Assembly (NCBI GenBank): GCA_013115145.1
Contig: JAAPAO010000400.1
Span: 1-32,715 of the forward strand
DNA from: Perkinsus chesapeaki ATCC PRA-425
Lineage: Eukaryota > Protista > Perkinsozoa
Length of the DNA stretch: 32,715 nucleotides
Direction of reading: 5' to 3'
Shown: positions 1 to 9,299 of the stretch, in pieces
Layout of the letters: each line of letters begins with the position of its first letter
How positions within the stretch are numbered: the first letter of the stretch is position 1
Translations under genes and position numbers: made by a program
Notes under the pieces: generated by a model
What the model was told of the DNA's origin: nothing
Seen by the model: only the letters and a program-made list of their open reading frames with translations
Database searches by the model: none

Positions 1-73
1 TGAGGAAGTGGAGGCATAAAAATAATATATAAATGTAATGAGGAAGTGGAGGCATAAAAATAATATATAAATG
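1..73. repeat. Tandem direct repeat, 2 x 35 bp, period 38 bp
   Basis: tgaggaagtggaggcataaaaataatatataaatg occurs exactly at 1-35 and 39-73, separated by taa. It may continue left of the window. Confidence 0.95.
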
Positions 74-114
74 GGATGCCAGCATTATTTTTGTTATTCA
101 CCTTCATTTTTTCA

Positions 115-649
115 GCCTGTTAGTGTGTTTTTTGAGGACGTTCAAGCCCAAAGACAAGCCGAACGCAAACTGCAGTCAAACGTGCCAGGTAAGCAACATT
201 GCATTATATTACAATGCATTATTGTGGCTAGGTCGGGGTAGAGGGACACCGTTGTGGATGATAAAGCAAAAGCAAGAGGAGGATAGGCAGCGAAGAGACT
301 CTATGGAGGCAGGGCGACAAATGAAGGAGATAGAACAGAAGATACTGGTAAGAAGATGGCAGAGACAAGAATCCGGTTATATTAGATAGAGGCCTTTCAA
401 GTGCTCGAATATAGTCTGCGGAATAATTTAGGGATAAATTTGGGATATATTTTTACGTGTCTAATTTACATTAAAACATGTAACGATTCTGCGAGGAAAA
501 TGTATGATAGGTATATTGGAGCATTAATTATTACTATTAAGCATACGTGGATTAGTACCACATTTATCACCAGCATTAGATTATCTGCTAATGGCGATAA
601 TCTAACTAAATGTAGGAAGAAATGTAATCACTCTTATAAAGGGATCTAA
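115..649 (+). CDS. Multi-exon hypothetical protein fragment, 5' end outside window; may be upstream exons of the PP2C gene
   Basis: Exons 115-188 (PVSVFFEDVQAQRQAERKLQSNVP) and ~232-348 (GRGRGTPLWMIKQKQEEDRQRRDSMEAGRQMKEIEQKIL) join in phase across a GT-AG intron. The 3' end is unresolved. Confidence 0.4.
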
Positions 650-1284
650 ATAAATTAGATCATCTAACATTAGATGCTCTGCAATTGGCGTGTTTATAAA
701 TATTAACGAATAGTGGTTATTATCACCCACATTGGTGTGTTCGACACCTCGACGGCAGAGAACCGTGGACGTTCTGCGCGGGCCTCGGGGCCATGAAGTT
801 CGGGTTAAAAATGGCATGAATTCTGCGTGGTCAGGGCGGAAGTGAGAAAAGTGGTGTACGGAAGGATGGGGTGCAAGAAGGGACAGGTGGGAATATTGAG
901 GCGCAGCGGGAACAGCAGAGCCGATGGTTATTGGAACAAGAAGGGTGAGCAGGGTTGTTCTGAAATTTCCGGGAAAATCAGTAGGTCGGAGTGTTCGGAT
1001 ATCTATTAGGCAGGACATGTTTTACCAAGTAGGCTATTGTGAGTATGTTGGCACACAATCCGCTATCCCTTTTTATAAAAGCGGCTAAGTGCAAAGTTTC
1101 ACTATTGCTCGTATAAAACAGGTATCTTTGTTTACAGGTGTCAAGCTCCTGTAATAGCACCTACTCGAAGCCGGAAATTGCAAAAAAATGACGGGAGGTC
1201 CTCAAAATATCTCTTTGTTCTCTCTATCGTTTTATGTTAAGTGCCAGTGGCACTTAATAAGTGGTATATGATAACCTATCTCAG

Positions 1285-4200
1285 GTGGGTGCCACATGAA
1301 TCCGATCCGAGTGGTGATTGGTATTATCATGCAGTAACGGGGACAATGTTGCAGCGCGGCACACAAAAACTATATCTGTAAGTTGATGAGTAGAATCTGT
1401 TGTGACAAACAGGGTGATTCGGTGTTCAATTCTCTCTTGCATTTTATGTACAGTTCGGTTAACAATAGTGGCGCGAAATGTTGTAATTTTGCCCCCGCTT
1501 CTCAGTGGGGCTCGGTGTGTTCAAGGCCAGGGAGCTTGATGCCGTTACCAACACGGGGTCAGCATATAACTTATATTTGTTCATTTGTTTATATTCATTC
1601 GCTCTGAATATGCAATAATTATTTTATATACGTTTATTAGGCCACAACCGGGCGGCAGTTTTGAAGAGTTGTCTCGGGAAGAATGGTTAAGTATCGCCAT
1701 GGCACGGCATGACCCAGTGCAGGCATTGAGGCTGGCTGCAGACGCTACTATGATGCAGGGGAGTAAGGTGTGATGCGAAGGAAATGTGGTATAATTATTT
1801 TCAGGGCGCGCGAAGATGGAGGACAAGCACGCGTTGTTGAAGGATCTGAAGGATATTGGGAAGAAGCTCGGATATAATCTTGACCATTTGCCGAGTCCGA
1901 CAGGAATGTGAGCTGAGGGAAAACAGAGGAATTATTTAGAAATCTATGGAGGCTTGCGGGTCACAGAAATGCGGAAGAGGAGGGTGGATAATAGCGATTT
2001 CATATTCAATCGAGGGACTCACATGTGAGCGAAACACTAATCATGTGCAAAAGTGTGTTCCACGACGGAACGAGTGAGCTCGACTCGGAATCCGAGTCTC
2101 GGATAGATTATTATTATCATCATCATCATCGCCAGTATTGTTTGTATGGCAGACCCTCGAAGAAGAACACATTTGAGTGAATTTGGATGATAGCACTCCT
2201 GTCTTTTCCATCATAAGAGACAATCACTTCCATTTCTCTTTGAAATTCCTTGACCGCTGACGGAAGCCTGGCGCAGCGTTAAAGTCTCCTGTTTTCGCTG
2301 CGGGCTCTTCCTCCTCCTCCTCTGCCGTGGGTAGTGATGAGGTAAATGATTCAATTTGTAAGGTATATGGTCTACGATGGTCATCAGGGTGTGACATGTG
2401 CAGAATACTGCATTAAGCAGACACATAATAAAGTAAGAGAAATGACATATGCGGGGATCGAACCAACGCCTCGGAAATTTAGATACTTCCGAGGTTAGCA
2501 AAGCATAAGGAGCCGATAACTGAGGAGGTTAGCGTGCTTCGCTCCGCTAGTAGAATGATGCATGAATTGCATTTCTGGGTCAGTTCATGCGTAAGCTTTT
2601 CGAAGATGCCTTCAAAGAGTTAGACGAGGAGTTCCTGGCGAAGTATCGAACCATTCCTGACGGCAGCACTGCAGGTGGTCGATCTCTCGCCGACATTCCC
2701 ATACTGGGGTTATTCTCCTCAGTTATTGCGTTGGTGATCGGTATCGATCTCTACGTTGCCAATATTGGTGACTCTGCATGTTTCTTGGTACGACGCGTAC
2801 CTGTGAAAGGTAAGACTTTTTACGGCCATTTATAATGGTGTGGTTTATCTGCTATTAACGGATCTCCGACTGTCTTTCTGGCTCCCCGGATGCATCTCGC
2901 CAAGCTGCTTTGTTGTTTTGGAAAAAAGCTTTTTCCTGCAAGTACTTTCCGATGAGTAATTATTATGGATAATTATGTGTCAAATGTGTCGTCTCCGAAT
3001 GATAATTACTCATTCGGAGACGAACTATAATTTTTCTTATATATATATTGATACTATACAGTAATGTTTCCGGGAGTTCTGCGGGCGTATTAGTGGAAAT
3101 AGCGGCGGGAATGGTCCTTGTGAAGAGGACCAGGCTCCTCGTGTCTTCCAGAACCTGGAATTGAGGCAGCCGAGCATCATATCCGTATCGAGCAGTCTGC
3201 TGCTGGTTTGGTGTTGTTTGGTGCTCACTATTTTTTCAGCGTCGACGTCTACAAACGATGACCATCATCACCAACAGCCTGGCTACACTTTAGATGTTGA
3301 GTTGTGTCATACCAACCATAAGCCTGAAGATACAGCAGGTGAGATCTTGCCCGCTTCGCTCCGCCTAAGATTTGTGTTTTTTAATAGAGAAGGAACGTAT
3401 CATTAAGAATGGTGGAGCATTGGTCACGCCTGGAGGGGGAGTGGTAGGGGTTACCAATCTGACCTATTTTGTATCTTTCTGCGTCGTCAGGCTCGCGTGG
3501 CTGCTGCCGATTACGAAGATAAGATGAAAGCCTACAAAAAGGCGACAAACGCAGGACTCGGCGCGATGGAAAAACCACCAGTAGATCTTACAATCGTCAC
3601 GCGCCACAAATTTGCGACTTTCAGATTGCCCTGGCAGTATCTCGAGCTTTCGGCGACCGAGAGTTCAAAACCCCTAATAAGTTGCTCATATCAGAGCCGA
3701 GCGTGAATCACCATACGTTAAGTCCCGAGACGGACATCGCCTTGGTAGGGTAGATGGGTTGGTGGCCTGGACAGCTTCACTGCAGGTTCTTGTCTGTGAT
3801 GGTGTTACAGATGTTATGACACCGGCGATGATTGGTGCAAAGATTCTTCAGTATAATAGGAAACCGAAGGCAGCTTCGGGAGGGCTTATACAGGAAGCGT
3901 AAGGGAGCATGGAATCATATATAGAAGATGCGATACGGGAATAGCGGAACAGTGATGTAGTTCGAGCTGCTCGTTACTACTCGAGCTGATGCACCCTGCT
4001 TGCCGCCGCTTGCATAGACGTAGAATTATAGCTAAGGGATTGACAGACCGAAGGGTTCTGTTAAACACGATAAAATGCTCTCGAGGAAACTGCCACGGCT
4101 ATAGTGAGGAGCACGCTGTGTTGAACGAGTTGAATACTTTCTTTGTGCTGCTTAACGTCCGTCGACACGCTTGAGCCAAAAGCTTCTGCTGCTTGGGTTG

Positions 4201-5082
4201 GTGGCTTCGCTTCTGACTGTTGCACTAAGTGAGGTGAACTAGGTGAGTGAGAAGTTGTGGTGTTCTCAGTTATCAACGAGGATCACAAGATAACCTAACA
4301 GCAATAACAGTATTTCTGAATTGGCCTCGACCACCAACTTTTGGAGATCTAGACCTCCTGGCCGAGCAACAGGCAAAGGCGTTGGAAGACCCGAGTTCGC
4401 CGAAGGCGGCAAAACGTCAGCGTAGGTAAGGTATTGACGGTTCAGTGGTTGATTGTTGGTGTTGGTAGGAACTGGACCGGCAAGGGAGGTTAGGAAGATA
4501 CGGTGCAAGCATATATTAATGAAGCATAAAGATGTTAGAAATCCACGGGATAGAGTGAGGAATAAACAAGTTACTCGAAGTAAGGCAAATAGAAGGATTC
4601 TTCATAGTGCGCGAATAAAGATATTCTTTATAGTGCGGGAATGAAGATATTCTTTATAGTGCGCTAATAAAGATTCTTCATAGTGCGCAATCCATGAAGA
4701 AGTTGTTGACTGTCTTGTTTGTTTCATCAGCTAAGACTGAGGCGGAGAACACGATGATGTCGATCCTGGCTGAGCTTCGGAAAGATTCTGCCAAATTCCC
4801 AGAGCTATGTAAAAAGTATTCAGAATGTAAGTCGGCGGGCATCAGGAGGAGTTTATGGGACTGGTCGTGGGCAGGTCTGTCGAGCAGAAAAGCTGGTCAT
4901 CTCTGCGGTGATCTTGATTGGTTTGGTCATGGCAAAATGATGCCAGAATTTGAGGAGGCTGCTTTTGCGCTAGATGTTGGGGAGATGAGTGATCTTGTAA
5001 GTGTTAATCTGTATTATTATCATTGATGCTATTTCAGGTGTATTCTCCTTCGGGTATTCATATAATAGTTAGGATTGCGTGA
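1285..5082 (+). CDS. Protein phosphatase 2C (PPM family) fused to a C-terminal Pin1-type parvulin PPIase, with an N-terminal WW-like exon; about 18 exons, true start upstream and unresolved
   Basis: PP2C motifs in order across phase-compatible exons: MMQGSK|[58 protein letters not shown]. Parvulin motifs: [56 protein letters not shown] (TGA 5080-5082). The two parts join through a 47-nt intron, 4422-4468. Confidence 0.85.
4594..4689. repeat. Intronic minisatellite, 4 degenerate units of 24-26 bp
   Basis: Consensus aagat(at)tctt(c/t)atagtgcg(c/g)-aat repeated four times inside the intron 4580-4730 of the parvulin part. Confidence 0.9.
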
Positions 5083-5196
5083 AGGACGATACATCCTCAT
5101 CGTACGATAGTTTCTTGTATTATCTAGTTATTGTGTTGGGGGCAATGTCCCCTGGTTGGTAGAGGAAACTTAAGTTAGGAAATAGCTGACGGCCTA

Positions 5197-5273
5197 AGAT
5201 ACAAGATGGAAGAGACATACGGAAGACAAGAGACATACAAGAGACAGACATACAAGATACGGAAGAGATATAC
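5197..5273. repeat. Low-complexity purine-rich repeat (agacatac / aagatac / ggaaga units)
   Basis: Several interleaved copies of gagacatac, caagatac and ggaagag downstream of the PP2C-parvulin stop. Confidence 0.7.
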
Positions 5274-5319
5274 CAAAACGATGTATTTAAAACGACTTGG
5301 GATAATTATAAAATCAGCG

Positions 5320-5956
5320 AGTAGCATCCAAGACTGCCCTAATCGATGAGGCATACTACAAGCGTCGCCAGTTCATCTGGTGGGCCCCAGTGAGTGATGG
5401 TTCAGCAACCTGTTCTGTGTTTGTGTGGAGAGAACTTCAAAATAGGCAGATTCAACTCGAACCCGAACCCACAACATGTTTGTGGATAAATATATCATAT
5501 ATTCATCCACAAACATGTGCATATATTATATATGCACTTCAAGTTGGGTTGTTGGAGGATCCAACTTGGATCGGTATGAGAAATAAAGCAAATAGGGTCA
5601 TGAAATAGGAGTACTGAGATGCACACGGAAGATCATTCACGATTTCCATCATTTTACAGACTCCGTAAAATTGTCTGCCATGGTGTGTCTGTATACTAAG
5701 GCTTCCTTGAAGGAAGACCAGCTAGAGCGAGGAGCACTCTATGAGGTATGAAAATTATAAGTATTGGTTGAGGCCAACTTCTCAATGAGAAGCTATTATC
5801 GACAAACTAGAAGCAGTGGTTATCAGTGATAAACTCATCACTAACTTGTTTGACCTCTTAAACAGAACGACTGTTGAAGAGGTCCTTACTGCGGTACGGG
5901 TAGAAAAGAATCTTTCCGGAAGATACACTGTGAAACTAAACTTATGCTTTGAGTAA
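5320..5956 (+). CDS. Putative multi-exon hypothetical protein or pseudogene
   Basis: Exon-like segments with GT donors (RVASKTALIDEAYYKRRQFIWWAP|gtgagt; GVLRCTRKIIHDFHH...ERGALYE|gtatga) and a terminal frame EAIIDKLEAVV...KLNLCFE*. Phases could not all be reconciled. Confidence 0.3.
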
Positions 5957-6068
5957 TGAAACCAACTCCTCAGAGAGTATACCAGATATGTGGTCGCCTC
6001 AAACGTCTCCTCCTCTCAACTTTCTCAGTACTGCGATGAAGTAAGACATCTATACCTTCATGGCCGTC

Positions 6069-6870
6069 TTAGCCAATCACGGAGAGCTCTATGGCCTTCA
6101 TATCAATAATAAGAAAGTAGCGAGGCATATGACAATAAGGATTATCACTAACTATGAAGAATCCAACATACGCATTCTGGCGCTCCCCGACGAACTGAAA
6201 TAAGTGAGGAGCACATTCCGTATCTTCACATCCATCGAATACATATGAATCCCCGACATACTCATACCTAAAGCCACATTTCTCACAAGAGAAGTCTCGT
6301 CCATCGACCTCGAATGTCAGTTTGGTGCTGACACTATTCTTAGTTGCTTCAACCACGTCAACATTGTAGATAATCCCACGGTCTTCCCCTTCATAGACAC
6401 CAACCTTGATAGAGCAGATAGGGTCACAACCCTCCATATGGAAGACAGTTAGCCAAATGCCGAGAACTACTGAGCAATGCATAAGAAGCGATAGACTTCC
6501 ACTGCTGCAGCAAACCATGTTGAGTCGGAATGTAGCTGAACGAACACGGGGCGATATCGTGTGGGCTATACCTCCGTAACACGGAGTCCGTGTCGACTCC
6601 GAGATGCTCCCCAGTTCCTAGCCCGATAATCACGCGAAACCAAGCGACAGCAACATGGCGTAAAACAAAATATCTCAGATCACTATTTATATCATCAGCT
6701 ACTTTTTTCTTTATTCCTTGAAGTAGACAACTTTTCTGCGTGCGTGCAACTGTGGAGACAGGCTGTCTCAGACACCTTGTTGAAACCTCTGACTGCGGGG
6801 ACTGGGAGGTAGGGATGCGCCGGCGGTGTACCTGGCAGACGATGATGTGCCTAGGGTACGTGACTGTCAA
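6069..6870 (-). CDS. Hypothetical protein, probably lineage-specific; multi-exon, 5' end unresolved
   Basis: Long ORFs 6424-6870 and 6069-6518. The latter has protein-like composition (IKVGVYEGEDRGIIYNVDVVEATKNSVSTKLTFEVDGRDFSCEKC...). No family recognised. Confidence 0.45.
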
Positions 6871-7119
6871 CGCCCCTCAACGAGGAGCTTTTTCGTATGA
6901 TCAGGAGTCGGCTCTTCCATCAATAATACTCAGTCTCTGTCTCTTCATCATGAAGACTTCATGTGTCTGCGTGCTCACGACATAAGTGTTAGGGCCGTAT
7001 GCAGACCCTCGTAGGTAGCTTAAGCCTTAAGGTGCTTTGGATCCCATAACCTATTGATAACTCCCTCTTCCTTTTGAGACCTTGAGGGCTCAGAGTTCAG
7101 TACTGGGCCGGTATGCGAA

Positions 7120-7595
7120 TCCTGATCCATGGATCAAGCCGATGATCTGAATCACTCAGTGATCTTCTTGTCTGAGCCAAATCAAACGTGATCCTAAATG
7201 CTTGAGCTAGATCAATGATCCTTGATCTCGATCCGTGATCTTTGACCCTGATCCTTGACTCTTGATCGCGAACCGTGAATTTTGATACCATGATACCTGT
7301 GATCTGGATCTCGTGTGATCCTCGTTCTTGATCCTGATCCGTGATCCTTGAGAAGAAACTTGATCCGTGATCCATAGATCAAGGAGCTGACAAATTCTCA
7401 AGGGCTTTGATCCATTTTGCCTTGGCAGAACATCCTTTGATCCAGATCAACCATCGGATCAAGCTCCTCATACATCTCAAGGATCACTCAGCGGATCAGT
7501 GGCACTTTGCGAAGTTTGCGTGCTGATCCACGTTGATCGTGTAACGGGGCCCTTTTGCACCGTTACACTGTTAGTGATCCGTCATCCTGATCCGA
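7120..7595. repeat. GATC-dense degenerate array with orientation switches (fold-back)
   Basis: About 30 GATC sites in ~470 bp by manual count, against ~2 expected. TGATCC units dominate 7190-7443, GGATCA units 7444-7500, and TGATCC returns afterwards. Perfect palindrome tgatccatggatca at 7123-7136. Confidence 0.9.
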
Positions 7596-7879
7596 CTGGA
7601 AAGTGACCTGCGGCAGTTAGTAACTGCCAGTTACCAACATGATGAAGTTAGCGGGAACCGAACCAGGGTCGGACTAACCATGGACCAGAATACCATCTAT
7701 TTGCCCATAGAGTTCGCTGGAAAAAGGCAACTCTCGATTCTTCTGGCGCAATACTTCTTAGTAGTATGTGCCAAATTTGGCGGAAATTGTCCTAGACCGA
7801 AGTTGCTAGCCCACATAGTCTTCGGCGAAGATTTAGCCTAACTTAGGCTGCCTAAACCGCTTAGGCAGTATTAGGCTAT

Positions 7880-9120
7880 TACTATTAGCTGGATGATAGA
7901 AGAGGCTACTAAGTAGACTACAAGTGGCATTTACAATGAGTGAATATATGATGGTTATAAGATGGTTATTTGACACTCTACGTCAGCTAGGATGTACCCT
8001 TACGTCAGGTCTTCAGTTCAAGAAGCATCTAAGCGGAAGACTGGTACTCGCAAAACAAATTGGGAATATGGCGTTACGGCAATGTGGGGCGCTCATGGGG
8101 AAGAATCGAGGCGTCTCTGTCGGAATCTTCACCGAAATATACAATAAAGTACTACTACCAATCATTCTATATGCCCATGAAATATGGGGAGGAACTATTG
8201 CAAATAAAACCATAAGAGAAGAGATAGATCTTTTTGGGGGCTAGCTTCCTTAAAAGAGCTTTAAGGGTTAGAAGGAGTACTCCCCGTCCACTAGTAGTGG
8301 ACCACTACTATATATTGCCTCTGGAGTGATGCCACTATCGCAATTGGTGGCAAAGAGAGTAGTTCTGGCTCACATCCACAAAAGGCCAATGGACATGCAT
8401 ATGAAAGGGAAGGTAGGTACTACCAAATTTCGAGAGCTGCTGGAGGAGTGGGGCTTCCCCACCACTCATCATTACTGTGAGGATAATACACCTGGAAAAG
8501 TTGTCAAACCCGCTGATACCAAATTTCGTCTTTCTCTATTGAGAGATTACCATATTGTTAGAATGGTATCCTCTTTATCTGAACCCTTACGAAGGGCTGT
8601 ACGAAGTTCAAGGCAGAGAGAATACTTGCAGTGCGTTGTGCCGCACAACTTGTGCGGACTAGCAAAAACGGTGCTTTTTTACAACTCTTATCTGGGCACT
8701 CTCCTGAGGAGAGTCTCCTCTGTTAAACGCTTATGAGTATCGGCCCGGCATCAATCATTGATGCACATTCAAGCACATTGATGATCAATGTCGCGGCTCA
8801 TGATATAAACTGTAATCACTGTGGAGTAAAAGATGATAGCTCACACTTACTGCTCGATTGTAAGCGACCGGATCGGTCACGTTTTCGGCCTTCCTTTGTG
8901 GACGAGAGCGGAACTCTCCGAGAGTTACTCTCGGGCAGATAACAATTTGTGTGAAGCGATGTGCAGCGGTCGCTAGCTTTTGTGAGAGAATATTTTTTAG
9001 ACACTTGCGGAATGGAGGTTGAGACTCTCAGCTTGAGAGCATTAAACAGCCTTACTGAGCTCATGGGGATGCCTAATCGAGTGAAGCTGTGTGGCAAGAC
9101 TGAATACTTCGAGTCCTAGA
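7880..9120 (+). mobile_element. 5'-truncated, decayed non-LTR (LINE-like) retrotransposon: RT thumb/connection region plus C-terminal Cys-His finger
   Basis: TLRQLGCTLTSGLQFKKHL matches the YLGV.LD..L.F..H pattern. Also IYNKVLLPIILYAHEIWG, RALRVRRSTP...GVMPL and CNHCGVKDDSSHLLLDC (C-x2-C-x8-H-x4-C). Intronless, with several stops and frameshifts. Confidence 0.85.
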
Positions 9121-9299
9121 GATGAAGCTTCAAGCTTGTGGTCTCGCGCCTGCGTAAGTGAATTCTGCTAGGAGGAGTAAGATCTCTTGAGACTAGCTAC
9201 ATTCGTTTTTGGTAAACCCTACAGTGAGTCACTGTCACCAAGTTCCAATGGGAAACAGAATGCCCTACTGTCAGCTTTGCGGGGGTTTTTAGCCGAGGT

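Noticed and set aside
4170-4181. Minus-strand TTTTGGCTCAAG, identical to the last 12 nt of the dinoflagellate/Perkinsus spliced leader
   Set aside because: The upstream bases do not match the leader (gcagaagc versus cgtagcca), it is not followed by the GT of an SL RNA gene, and no mRNA-like ORF starts after it. It is probably chance, though an SL relic cannot be fully excluded.
3945-4220. Possible C/D-box snoRNA in the long PP2C intron (gtgatgt … ctga)
   Set aside because: The C box is imperfect, there is no terminal stem, and I recognised no rRNA-complementary guide.
4594-4689. CRISPR-like repeat array
   Set aside because: Units are contiguous with no unique spacers, lie within a spliceosomal intron, and there are no cas genes.
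7097-7401. Minus-strand ORFs rich in DHGS/DQDQ/RIK
   Set aside because: They are translation by-products of the GATC array, with no splice or homology support.
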